Shown here: positions 48,750 to 61,298 of the stretch, piece after piece
Numbering within the stretch: position 1 is the first letter of the stretch
Layout of the letters: each line of letters opens with the position of its first letter
Assembly: GCF_006345805.1 (NCBI RefSeq)
Contig: NC_043003.1
Coordinates: 104,160,001-104,224,000, forward strand
Direction of reading: 5' to 3'
DNA from: Octopus sinensis
Taxonomy: Eukaryota
DNA length: 64,000 nt
Program-made: the position numbers and the translations under genes
Notes under the pieces: generated by a model
Told to the model about the DNA's origin: nothing
What the model saw: the letters and a program-made list of their open reading frames with translations, nothing else
Databases searched by the model: none

Positions 48750-51140
48750 TTTTGTTTGGTTTTATGCTTATTTGGTTTTTCTCTGTTTGGTTAAGAGTTT
48801 TGCTTCTTTACACCCACATGATTTCAGGCATCCAGATCATTTGAACTTTTTAGGGTCATTCTTCTCTCAGCCAAGCAAAGCTTGCATCACCCAGGTTTTT
48901 CCAATGTTTTCCTTTCATTTGATTTTGTATGGCATTTCTTGTTTTAATTGTCTTATATAACTAACTAATGTTATAATGCTGTACCTTGTTTGGTTTCCAA
49001 ATAAGCACCTGTGATTATTTATCTTGACCTTAAAGAGGCCCTCCTTTGCTCCAACATATATCTGTGAATCTGTCTTCATTGTTGTTGTTTTCACTGTATT
49101 GGCCAACATCCCCTCTGCTGCATGAGCATCCTACCTCTTCACAGAGTTTTGGGGTAATCACTAATAGCTTTTTGACATTAAACAACAACCAAACACAATA
49201 TCTAAGTTATGCCTCTTGGATAATCCCCTATTACATATGAGACTCTGTAAAATGCTTATCCACTAATCTAAGGAAGGCCTTCCCATGCAGGTTTTCACAT
49301 TGGGTAAAACAGTGAGGCAAACCAAAAAACTTTGGTGCTTTTTCTTGTGAGTAAAGTTGATGTAGTTCTGAAACCTGCTGGTTGTTAGAGTTTGACTGTA
49401 ATAGGAGGATGCATCAAAACATCTTTATTCAAAGATAGGTTTGAACTCCTCCTACTGACAGGTTTGAACTCCTCTTACTGACACCCTTTACAAAGATTTT
49501 AAAGACTATAGACAAGTAGCAGAAGGTTGTTCTGATATACGACCACCATTAGGTTTGTATTGGAGCCTGTATGAACTGATGCCCAGATTAAGTTTAATGT
49601 TTAAGAAATTTACTACTGTAAGTTGGATCTCTATGGTTACCTCAGTCCTAAGGAGTTAAGAATGTGAATCAGGTATTTCCTAAGCCTAACCAGAGTGTGT
49701 CTGTGCCTCGAGAGATAGCTAAAGTGTTGTCTCTATATAAGCCAAATTGAGTTGATAGGAATTCCTTACTTAAGATGTCTTGTATAGATAATCCTATAAG
49801 GTAGCAGATAAGCATGCGGTTGTTTGTTCCCATTTTAACAATGAAGGAGCCTTTGGGATCTATTCATTTGACCCAAGCTGTACCTTTGTTAAACAGAAGG
49901 GCTTTTCTTGAGTGTATTATTACTTTTATATTCTTACAGTTAACATTGGTAAACTCCTTGATAAAAATAGGTGACCTTTCTACAGCCTTTTCAATATGGA
50001 TGGGTGAGAGCCCTCTATATCAAATTGCTTGAACCTTGCTCTGCTTCTTTCCTGACTGGTCTTAACCATGAAACTACTTCGTTATTGTTACACCATAAGA
50101 GATGGGGTGCTTTCCTTATGTCAGCTTTTATCTTCTGCAGTATGTTTCCCACACCAACCCAATTTCTGATTAAGCTGGTAGCAGTTTGGGTTGGAGAAAA
50201 AGTTCAGTTTGTGATCCTTGATGATGATAAAGATATTCTTCTTAGCTAAATTTTTTACTCTGTCTAGTATATCTAACTTGCTAGCTGTTTGGTCTTGTTT
50301 ATTCTCTGAGCCAGTGGTACATAAAAAGCACCATCCATACGTGGTCGATGCCAGCACCACTTAGGCTGGCTTCCGTGCTGGTGGCATGTAAAAAGCACCA
50401 ACCGATCGTGGCCGCTGCCAGCCTTCCCTGGTACCTATGCCGGTGGCATGTAAAAAGCACCAACCGATCGTGGCCGTTGCCAGCCTCCCCTGGTACCTAT
50501 GCTGGTGGCACGTAAAAAGCACCCACTACACTCACGGAGTGGTTGGCATTAGGAAGGGCATCCAGCTGTAGAAACCCTGCCAGATCAGACTGGAGCCTGG
50601 TGCAGCCTCCTGGTTTCCCAGAACCCCAGTTGAACCGTCCGATCCATGCTAGCATGGAAAGCGGACGTTAAACGATGATGATGATGTATAAGGAGAAACC
50701 TGTCTATAATTCTGTGTAATGCTATTCTCCAAGAGCTTATCATATGCATTGGTATATTCTCTATATAGGCTTTTGGTTTTATCTGAGAAAGGTAAAGTAT
50801 TTAAGGATTTGTGTACTTGAACTAAGCTTGCACTGAAAGGGGTTAGAGGACTTACAGAATTTCAATTTGGAGACAATGTCCAGTAGGTCTGCTTCAAAGG
50901 CCTCCAGTTCTTTAAGTCTGGCTGGGAACTTTCTAGATTTGATGTCATAAAAATTGTACTCTGAGAGCAACATTTCTTGCTCATAGAAGTCAGCCTTCCA
51001 TCTCGTGCACATTATTAGGGTGATGAGGATCCTTTGGAGGATCCTCGTGTAGAGTTTGTGTGCTTGTACTAAGTCACAAAGGGACTTGTTTTATATTTTC
51101 TTTATGGATATGGAGGTATACAATCTTGGTTACTCTACCA
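48750..51140 (-). mobile_element. Near-complete degenerate Penelope-like element (RT plus GIY-YIG), antisense in the intron
   Basis: In order: RWKADFY..ELEAFEADLL, DKTKSLY, IKDHKLNF, FKQFDIEG, HSRKALLF, GLYRDN, VVNFLNIKLNL, YVGAKEGLFK..NNH, CKLCLAE. Confidence 0.9.
50310..50690 (+). mobile_element. RTE-type 3' end with three ~62-bp units, nested in the Penelope element
   Basis: Repeated aaaaagcacc...gccag..ctgg..ggtggca units followed by the family tail. Confidence 0.88.
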
Positions 51141-51563
51141 AAAACAAACATATCCATGCTATGCTGCTATGGGTAGTAGTTGTTGTCATGGTCATGATGA
51201 CAGCTGCTGTGGTGGTGGTTATAGTGGCAGTGATGGTGATGGTGGTAGAGTGAGGCGGGTGGCAGGCAGACAAAGAGAAATAGTAAGGGTTACTGTTACT
51301 ATAACAACCACACATGCACACACACTCACACATACACACACTCACACAGAATCACATAAATGCACTTAACTTTATAAACCCACAGACAGAGTAACATACA
51401 AATGCACATGTCCACAACAACCGAAGGACTGATAGGGCCCCAGATTAAATGCTCAAAAATATTTACTTTTCTCCATTCATATTCTGTGTTCAAATCCCAC
51501 TTGTACCAGTAAGGGAAATCAATATCATAAAATAAAAGTAAAATATTTGTTTCATGTTAACAG

Positions 51564-51701
51564 GAGTTGAAACTGCCATGCCAGGCTTCTATTCTAAAAT
51601 GAAGGATCGCCTCCGTACACCTCAACAAGGGGCTGACACTGCGTTGTGGCTTGCAATTGCTTCAGCTCCAAAGACTTTTGTTAGTGGACAATTTTTTCAA
51701 G
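51564..51701 (+). CDS. DHRS12: DHRS12-like exon (138 nt, phase 1 to phase 1)
   Basis: taacag acceptor and gtatgt donor. Encodes (G)VETAMPGFYSKMKDRLRTPQQGADTALWLAIASAPKTFVSGQFFQ. Confidence 0.96.
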
Positions 51702-51708
51702 GTATGTA

Positions 51709-52122
51709 TACTCTTTTACTTGTTTCAGTCATTTGGCTGTGGCCATGCTGGAGCACCGCCTTTAGTCAAGCAAATCGACCCCAGGACTTATTCTTTGTAA
51801 GCCTAGTACTTATTCTATTGGTCTCTTTTGCCGAACCGCTAAGTTACAGGGACATAAACACACCAGCATCGGTTGTCAAGCGATGTTGGGGGGACAAACA
51901 CAGATACACAAACATATACACACACATTTCTATATATATATACATACATATATACGACGGGCTTCTTTAAGTTTCCGTCTACCAAATCAACTCACAAGGC
52001 TTTGGTCGGCCCGAGGCTATAGTAGAAGACACTTGCCCAAGGTGCCATGCGGTGGGACTGCACCCGGAACCATGTGGTTCGTAAGCAAGCTACTTACCAC
52101 ACAGCCACTCCTACGCCTGTAT
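51709..52122 (-). mobile_element. Full-length bipartite SINE starting a few nt after the exon donor
   Basis: Reverse complement of the 33887-34278 type. Confidence 0.92.
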
Positions 52123-53889
52123 AGGGTTTTTTTTTCTTTTTCTTTCTTTTTTTTTTTGCAAGAAGCTTGGCTGTGTGATTCAAAAGTTCGCTTCTCAATC
52201 ACATGATTTGGGGTTCAGTTTCCCTGCATGGCATCTTAGGTGTCTTTTATTATTGCTCTGTACCAACCAAAGTTTGTGAGTAGAAATGGAAAGAAACTCT
52301 TCATATATATCGATGTCATCATCAACATTTAATGTCTGTTTTCCATGCTGGCATGTGTTGAACAGCTTGACAGGAGCTAGCAAGTCTAGAGGAGGCACCA
52401 GGTTCCATAGTCTCTTTTGGCTTGGTTTCTATGGCAGGATGCCCTTCCTAATGTCAACAGAATTTACTGGGTGCTTACCATGTGTCACCATCACTAAGTG
52501 CTTTTTAGGTGAAACTGGCACCAGTGCTTTTTACCTGACAGCATGTGTGTGTGTGTGTGTGTTCCTTTGTATATTAGTTTCCATTTGTACTCCACAAACT
52601 TCAAAGACATGGGAAATATAAAATTCCTTACTTGAAAAATAATTAAGGGTTTGTAACAAACAGGATATCTGGCTATAAAACAATACTTCAATAATATAAC
52701 CATCTAACCCATGCTGATATGAAAAAAAAATTGATGTAAAAATGAATGAATAAACAAAATAAGTTTCTTTCATTCTAATCCACTTTTTGCTTTGTTTTGT
52801 ATTTTATTTCTGGTTGGTTCCGACAGTTGATACTTTTCATTTACAATGCTGTGTTCCTCATATTTTCTTTATAACTAGTGGAATGCTTGAAAGAAAGTTA
52901 GTTTAGTTTCTATGCAGGAGAATTTGATACAGACAAGTCCAAGAATCCAGTCTTCAGTGGAACAACAGTGCTAATCATATTTTATTATGTTGGTATAGAT
53001 GTAATTTGTATGCAAAGTTTGATATTTGCATAATGTTGCAGTAATTTTTTCCCCCTTTTTTTTCTGTATAACTGGATATCTTTTCTATAGCTACCCAAGC
53101 ATTTTAAAGTGGTACTAGTTGTCAGCCAAGTAGATTGAGGCTGGCAGAGTTATGTATCTTGCCTAGTAACCCATAATGTGTGGTATCTCATATCTACTAC
53201 AAGTGTTTCATTGTGTCTCTTGGGAGAATACTTTTATTCTACAGTGTCACAATTAATTTGGCTTGGCAAACAAGTGCCAAATTATCTGTGAATGTTACCT
53301 GCAAAAAACTTCCATTCAGGTGAAGAAGCTATTTCATTTGCTTCAAACACAAGATGTAGGATACATTTACCATTTTTTTTAGCAACCAATAAAATTTGGA
53401 CACTTCTTTAGATGGTCATTAACCCAACACCATCTTATAAATTCCATAATGCTATTCTGTTTGCCACAATATCTATTCAAGTGTCACTCTTTTAGAAATC
53501 TTAAAACTATGGAACAAAATCTATGAAATAATTTACTTAATGGCATAAGAGCATGTTTAGCTTTCAGCAAGCTTATCAAAGACATAATTGAAATATTTAA
53601 CAATGAAATGTGTGAGTATTTAGCTTTGAAAAAGCTTATGTATGGAAAACAATCAAAGACATAATTGAAATCATTAACATAACAAAATGTATTTAGCTTC
53701 CAACAAACTTAACTATGAAGAACAATTAAACACATAAATATAATATTTAATATAATCAAAAACTGTGGTGAAGTTGTATAAGTTTATGAATCAAAATAGA
53801 AACAAGAACATTTATAAAACAGAATTCCAGAGATCCCACTAGTTTGTTATTAACCTTGTGCCTGTTTAAGAAATCAGTATCATTACTAA

Positions 53890-54270
53890 GGCAGTAGCTA
53901 GCAGAATCATTAGCATAGCAGAGAAAGTAGCCAGAAGAATTTTTTTCCAGTTGTTTACAATCTGAGTTCAAATCCTGCTGAAATCAATTTTACCTGTCAT
54001 CCTTTCAGAATTGATAAAATAAAATACAAGTCAAGCACTGAGTTCAATGTAATTGACTTTCCTCACTCCTCTAAAATTGCTTGCCTCATGGCAAAATTTT
54101 AAACCATTACCATTGACAGAATCACTAGCACATTGGTCAAAATTCTTAGCAGCATTTCTCAAATCTCCACTGAGGTCAACTTTACCTTTCATTCTTTGAG
54201 GGTTGATGTAATTGATTTACCCCTTCCACCAAATTTCAGGCCTTGTGCCTATAGTAAGAAATATTATTAT
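53890..54270 (+). mobile_element. Two tandem SINEs of the gctggcagaatc family ending in (TTA)n
   Basis: Same head, core and tail as the 41843 chain. Confidence 0.75.
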
Positions 54271-54278
54271 TATTATCA

Positions 54279-54633
54279 TCTCCCTATATATAAACTGCAA
54301 AATGTCTGTGTGTGTGTGTCCTTTATACAAATCCACAATTTTTCAGTTAGAGGGCTCGCACTTTCTATGGTCATTCAAAACCGTCCAAGGGTGGTCGTGC
54401 ACATCTTTACATTTCCCCAGTCACTCCACAAAGCCATTAAAAAAAAAATCAATAGAAGTGACTTTTTTGTGAAGTTTCTATCCAAAACCCAATCAAAATG
54501 CCTAAAACTTGATATGCCAATTGAATGCCAGCTAGCTTGTATGTGATTGGTCAGAGATTTGGACAGTACTCGCGTGTATATGTGCATGCATGCAGCTGTA
54601 TATGCATGCACTAGCACTATGACCCGGTGCTAG
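54279..54633 (+). mobile_element. Non-autonomous Helitron lacking most of its 3' hairpin
   Basis: Aligns to 40069-40436 but reads gacccgg-tgctag, a 16-nt deletion. Confidence 0.85.
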
Positions 54634-54699
54634 TTATTATTATTATTATTATTATTATATTATTATTATTATTATTATTATTATCATTATTATTATTAT

Positions 54700-54952
54700 T
54701 GCCTTTGCACATCTTCTAACGCTGGAGATGTACTATGGTGTCAGCTGTTCACTAACAGTGAACTAAGGTAACACCTCTTATTTTTCAAGCACCTTCCGGA
54801 GTATTTAAGCGATTCCAAGCAGTGCTGTTTTCTGCAAGTGCTCCACCCTTATTGCAGCCCCTATTTGTTCCATGTACTTCTTGAGATTTTTACTCACTGT
54901 TCCCTGGGCTCCAACAATTATTGGTACTACTACCACCTTTTTCATCGATCAC
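54700..54952 (-). mobile_element. R4/Dong-like non-LTR 3' end followed by (TAA)n
   Basis: SMKKVVVVPIIVGAQGTVSKNLKKYMEQIG...LQKTALLGIA*ILRKVLEK*, then a short UTR and (TAA)n. Confidence 0.8.
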
Positions 54953-57900
54953 ATGTTCAACAAAGGAACACGCTCCTTGTCGATGAAAACTGAAAATGAG
55001 GAAAGAATTGAGAATATGAATATCGAATGGCCTAAACTTAATGACATCACCATGGTGAAAAATGTTTCGTCTCTAAGCAACATTAAAACTTTCGGTGTCA
55101 ACAACAACAACCTCAACAGCAGCAGCAGTGACAACAACAACAACACCAATAATAACAGCAACAACAATATGAAAGAAATGAAACATAAAAACGCAAATAT
55201 TGCCTCTGTATATTTTGTGTCTGCGGTGAGAAATATGGAAAGTTTCCACATAGATGAAGGAGAATTAAAATTGGCTAGAAAAATTGTTAAAAGAGATGGG
55301 AAAAGGGTGGCTCTAAACCGTCCATCCGATGTGATAGAAAATATCACAAGATGTATGGTAACATATTATTGCATAAGAGTCAAGTCTCAGCAGGTGGAAA
55401 ATGCTTCTGAGAGTGAAGTACAAAAGTGTCTCGAGCGCATGTGGGAACAAAAGACCCACATCACCCAAGGAAAGAAGTTTGCAACCATTGAGGTGAGATT
55501 TGGGATGGAAGAAGAAGCTAGATGTATTCTACAACCACCTTGAGGAATGATGACTTTTTCTTAATCCCCAGCTATCATGGCTAACGCCTTGCCAAGATTA
55601 GGGTGCTAAATGTGCCACCAGAAATATCCATTACCTGGTTAGTGGCAGCTGTCTTGGCAGGTTTAGAAGAAGATGAAGTCACAATATTGGAGGTCAAGAA
55701 ACTACCTAGGCAAAACTGGTTAGGTATAGGTATGGAACTGACCTTGCAATGGAAGCAGGACCATATCAACCAGATGTCCAATCTAATCGATCTCCTGGAT
55801 GGTATTCACCTGTCAGTAGTCATGGAGGGTAGAAAGCCAAGATGCCACACGTGGATCTGTAAATCACTTAAAGGTTTCCTGTCCCGAAACAAGGAAAAGT
55901 AAAGTCCCTAAAGGTAGTGCCTTTAGACTGGTGCTGGTTTATGCCTCAACAGGGACTAGAAGGCCAGATTTCTTCAGACATCTAGGAACATTCTTGGGAA
56001 CATCTCACACTTAAGTACTAGTGGGGGACTGGAATAGTATTTTGGACACACAGAAGGACTACAGGTTTAGTACACAGTAGAAGGGAGTGTAAACGCTTCA
56101 ATAACCTGCTCAGGACTTTCCAGCTTTCTGCATTTCTCTGCTGTGCCAGTGTGCACATGGAGCAACCAGAGTGAGTCATCCAGATCGTATTTAGATAGAG
56201 TTTTGTTAGGTCAGAGGATAGGGTTAGCGTAGGTTGTCCACAATTTAAATTGGTCGGCTACACAGATCCCAAATTTGTGATATGCTTAGTCAATTTAGAT
56301 AGGACCTGTAGACAGGGATCCAGTTACTGGAAGTTGAATGTGTCCTTACTGGCTTGCAAAGACTACAGGGACCAGATTAGCGAACTAGTTAAGCAGGAGT
56401 TGACAGAGGCTACCATCAGCAACCGGTGGTGGATTGCTCTGAAGAGAGCAATTAAATTAGAATTGATAGCATTTAGCAAAAGAAAGAAATAGATTAGAGG
56501 GAGAACTAATTAGCAATCTAGAAGAGGCTATTAGTAAAGGCATCACAATCGACCTATCAGTGGTGAGAATGGCCCTTGACCATTTCTGAGGTGAAACATA
56601 AAAGGTGTGTTATCAGAGCTAAGGCCCATGCGCTAAAACATGAATGAACTAAAGCCATCTGATGGGCGCAAATGGAAACAATCCACGATCAAATCTTTGA
56701 TGGATCAGGACAGATGCGTTCTACTTGGTTCTGAGCAGATGTGTGCTGCTTTCCAACAGCTGTTTGGAGAGGGTGATGGGTCAACAATGGTAGCAAACAT
56801 TACTTTGTACCCAGATGGCCTACCATGGCTCTTGGCTACAGATGCAAGATTCTGTGAAAAGTCGATTACAGCCTCTGAAATATAGGAGTATTTCACAAAT
56901 TGCCCGATTTGGATGGTCTGACCTACGAATTCTATGTTTTCATGCCAGATTTGTTTGGCAGATGTTTACAGTAACTTGCAGCAGATCAGGAAAATTCCTA
57001 GTGCAGTTAGCCAGGGTGTAGTAACACTACTGAGAAAGGACGCCCACAATGGGGACATGCTAGGGAATTTTCAGCCCATAACTCTGCTAGACACAGAGTT
57101 TAAGATTTTGGCCAAGGTTTTAGGGGAAAGGTTGGTGCTTGTCTTTGGTAGTCTGGTCGGGGAGGCACAAACGTGCACAATCCCGAGCAGGTCTTTCCAC
57201 GACAACCTCCACCTTATGCGATACATCATAGAGAGGTCTGAAACTAAAGCTGGCTTCAGTGGGGCCCTAATCAATTTAGATTAATCGAAAGCTTTCAATA
57301 GGGTAGACCATTGCTACTTGGAAGCCATCCTTAAAGCGGCTGGCTTCAGATTAATTTTCAGAGGCTGGATTGCTGCAGTGCACAGCGGTACCTCCTCGGT
57401 GGTCAAAGTAAATGGCCACCTATCAGAACTGTTTACTATTGCACGTTTGGTCCATCAGGGCTGCCTGCTGTCACCTCTCCTATATGTGCTGGCTCTTGAG
57501 CCACTACTGTGGAAGTTGGACCAGTTAAGAGGCCTCCTTTTCAAAATTGGACTCAGGAGGGCTGTGTTTGCATATGCAGCTGACATTACCATCATGGTGT
57601 TGGACGCCTCCAAAGTGGAGATGGTTGGCTCCATTGTAAAGGAATATAAGTCAGTTGTAGGGGCTAAAATCAATGCCAACAAGTTGGTGAGATTTCAACT
57701 GGAGAGGCAGATCAATGCTGTCAGACAGCTGCATCAGATGCTAGACTGACAGACCAGTTAAAATGCTTGGGGTCTGGTTTGGTCCTGCCCTCCAGGTGGA
57801 TAAGAATTGGGAAGATGTGACAAACAGGGTAACCTCTCTTACCCTGAAATAGGCAGAGAGGAAGTTGTCACTGAAAGGTTGGGCAGAGGTGATGAATGCC

Positions 57901-59079
57901 TACATCACCACTGTCATTATTTATCATACGACCATTGTGCCTTGCCCCAGTTACTGTTTGATTAGATTGGTGTGTATCCTGTTTATTTTCTTGTGGAAAG
58001 GACATGTTCCAATGGTCATGCGGTCAGGCTGCTGCCAGCTCCCTTTGCGTGGTGGCTCAGGCATGCCATGGCTTTTAATGTGCACACACACATTTAGGCT
58101 GCATCACCTGCAGCAATTTCTGGAAGGTGAACATGTGTGGGCTCCATTTGTGAGACATGACTTTCTGCAGCTCATCTCCTTGATAGAGCTGTGGTCCTGG
58201 ATAAAGGATAGACCAAGGCTGGGTGCTTAGAATGTTGTCAGGCACTCACTGTCCTCTACAAGTTGGGCAATAGGATCGGTGGATGTTCCCCTTTAAATAT
58301 TCACTGAGGATTAGTAGCAGGGAAATGTGATGACATCCTCCTCGGGGAGACCCTAGGTGTTGATGAAGACAAACTGGCAAGTCTAATCCGGAGGACTTTC
58401 TGGTTGGGGACTGTTATGGATGATTTCCAGATGTCTTTGGCCTGGCAGTGCTACCAGGGGACAATACCAGTTTGAGATAGACTCTACAGGCACGGATGTG
58501 CTGTCAGATGGGCTTCTCCAAGATGCTTGCAGAGCAACAGAACTGTTCTGCATGCACTCAGTGTCCAGGCATTGCTGACTTGTGGAGTTATGTTGAACAG
58601 CTGCTATCACTTACAGGACAGATCCATCTGCCAGCTGAGTCCGTAATGATGATTGCTCCACCGCTCTCCTTTAATTGGGCTGGCAAGGCAGTTTTCCTGT
58701 GTCTGGTGGCCGAGGCTGAAAGGAATGAAGACAGAAACGTTCCTCTTTGGTAAAGTCCTCATCGACTTTTTTCAAGTTTCACTTGAAAAGGGAAATGAGG
58801 GTGGAGAGGGAGGTGCTGTCCTCGGGTTAATTTATGAAAAGGTGGGTGAAAGTTGCAAAAATGGCAAGAGTGGATGGTACCACTCTTAGTATAGACCTGT
58901 GAGTCGGAAGAAAGAAGTTGGAGAGGGCTCTTGTTCTTGGTATTCTGGGTGATCTTGGATGGTGGGGCTCCTTGATTATCCCTAGAAGTCCTCCTGTATC
59001 AGGGGTATCCCATCACAATCACTTTTCCCCACCTTTTTTTCTAGTGTCATATGCTATGTATACTTCCTTTTTTCTAATG
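54953..59079 (+). mobile_element. Tx1/L1-clade LINE, ORF1 plus degenerate ORF2
   Basis: ORF1-like 54953-55900 ends EGRKPRCH. ORF2 motifs: VYA..R.DFF..L, GDWN, YWKLNVSLL, FQPITLLDTEFKILAKVL, HQGCLLSPLLY, YAAD, CSACTQCP. The N-terminal half of the endonuclease is missing. Confidence 0.9.
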
Positions 59080-59081
59080 TA

Positions 59082-60729
59082 TCAGGTCATCCCATAAGTT
59101 CTGTCCAAATTTTGAATAAAGAAGACAAGTGATCAAATGTTATATTTAATTGAAATTTAATCATCAATGTACTTTTCTGGATTATCTATGACTTCCTACC
59201 ATCTATTTACAAGCTTTTTAATCCCATCAATGTAAAACTCTTTTGGTTTCAAAACAAAGAATTCTGAAATGTCAGTTTTGACTTCCTCCTGGTTTGCGAA
59301 AGTTATGTCTTCCCAAATGATTCTGTAAACTACGAAACAAATGGTAGTCTGAAGGAGCAAGGTCGGGGGAATAAGGTGGATGAGGAATTTTTTCCCAACC
59401 AAACTCTTCGATCTTCTGTGATGTAATCTTTGCAGTGTAGGGTAGCGCATTGTCCTGATAAAACATCACTTCTTATCGATTCACTAAATGGGTCTTTTTT
59501 TTCTTCAAAGCTTGGTTCAAACCCTCTAATTGCTGACAGTAGACTTGAGCATTGATTGTTGCATTAGGTGGTAACAATTCAAAGTGAATTACTCCTTTGT
59601 AATCCCAACAGATAGAGAGAAGGACCTTTTTTCCATGAAGTTCCCTTCTCAGTTGTGGTTGAGCTTTTTCCCTTTTACCAAGCCACTGTTTACGACATTT
59701 AACATTTCGATAGAAGATCCATTTTTCGTCACCAATCACAAGTTTATCCAAAAATGGTGAAATGAGTTTGCAAGAATGGAGAGAAGAGTAGATCAACTCA
59801 GGATTTGTGGTTGCTTTCGGACAATTCATGAGGCACCCATTTTCCAAGTTTAGGAACCTTTCCAAGTTGTTGAAGATGACGATGAACAGATGTATGGTTT
59901 GAACTAAGCTTTATTGCCAATTCTTCAACTGATAATGCAGGATTTTCTTCAAGTAATGCCTTAAGGTGTTTATCATCAACTTAACTTGACGTCCTGTTCG
60001 ATCTTCATCTTGAAGGCTGAAATCTCCACTTCTGAATTTTGCAAACCATCTTCTGCAAGTTCTTTCATTCAAGCATTCTTTCCCATAAACTGGGTGTATG
60101 TTTCGAGTTGCTTTGGCTGCAGAGTTTCCTTTTTTGTACTCATAAAGCATTATGTGCCTCAAATGCTCTTTGGATACTTCCATGTTAGAAAGGGTTTTAA
60201 TCAAAGAAATTTTAATTCTGTTAATCGAAGTCGGATGTAGAGGATTCGTTGGACACAGTGTGAGATGACTGTTGTTATCGTTAGGCCTAACATATCGTAA
60301 AATCAATACCACCATGACCGATATTCAAACTACAGTGGAGAAAGCTAGCCACTGGATTTGGTTAAAAAGAGATGATGGCTAGAAGAATATTGAGCTTTAT
60401 TTGATAACCAGCTGATCTAGCAAGCGGGGCCTCATATCAGTTAGGGGGGCCAGTGCGCATTGATGCCATCGAGAGGTAGGCCCCGAAACGGCGCACATTC
60501 TCTCCTGATGACCCCATACACTTGCTGACTTCTGGTATGCAGAGTTTTTGACTGGTAGCACTTGCATGTGCCAGTTGTTTGCAGGACATCTAAAATAATA
60601 TTTAATTAGTTTAAATGTACACAAATGCATAAAAATAATTTTTAATTCCATTAGACATTCTAAAATACTATTAAATTTCATTCAAATTTAAAAAGGGTAA
60701 AATGAGACAGAACTTATGGGATGACCTGA
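59082..60729 (-). mobile_element. Full-length mariner (DD34D) with perfect 24-bp TIRs and TA TSD; transposase 59157-60183 disrupted
   Basis: TIR tcaggtcatcccataagttctgtc at both ends. WVPHEL, GDEKW, QDNA and YSPDLAPSDY motifs present, with 34 residues between the last two Asp. Confidence 0.96.
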
Positions 60730-60865
60730 TATATTATGTATACTTTTATTTCATCATTCCATTATATGTTAACACCCCACACTTTATGTTTGTCTTTGTA
60801 TTGTCCCCCTCATCCTTTGCCCTGGTAGCAAATAAAAGAAATCATTATTATTATTATTATTATTG

Positions 60866-61201
60866 AGTGAGAGAGCAGTGCATGCCATCAAAGTGACACT
60901 GGGGTAAAATATACGAAGCCCAGTATACCCATCATGACTACCCGTCTGATAAGGGTACACTAGGCACATGCATCACAACCATATGTGCGCGACATGGTGA
61001 TGTCATATCAAGATAAACAGCACATGACCTTGCAGGTGGGACTCAGTTAGAATTTTCTTCTCGTCGAGCAGCCCATCCCGCTCAAAAGGTACCTGAATAA
61101 GGATTGTTTAAGGATGTTGAACGAACCACCCATGTTTCCAGAGGTGAATTATTCGAACCCCAAAGAATCCCTCTCAACACATGGCTATGATGTTCCCCCA
61201 C
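60866..61201 (-). mobile_element. Non-coding retroposon-like insert embedded in (TAA)n on both sides
   Basis: A GC-richer 335-bp block bounded by (TTA)n runs, ending ctctctcactcaataataat on the minus strand. Family not identified. Confidence 0.5.
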
Positions 61202-61238
<37 letters not shown>

Positions 61239-61298
61239 TATTATTATTACCATTACTATGGTCAGAGTAATTCTTCATTTCTTTATTGTTAATTTCAG

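Noticed and set aside
48465-48794. Track ORF as a single 109-aa gene (likewise 51554-51970 and 61286-61504)
   Set aside because: The starts are intronic non-ATG or incidental codons. Only the splice-bounded parts match the SDR.
54872-55543. 223-aa ORF as a host gene
   Set aside because: It begins in the antisense R4 fragment and continues into Tx1 ORF1 upstream of a LINE ORF2.
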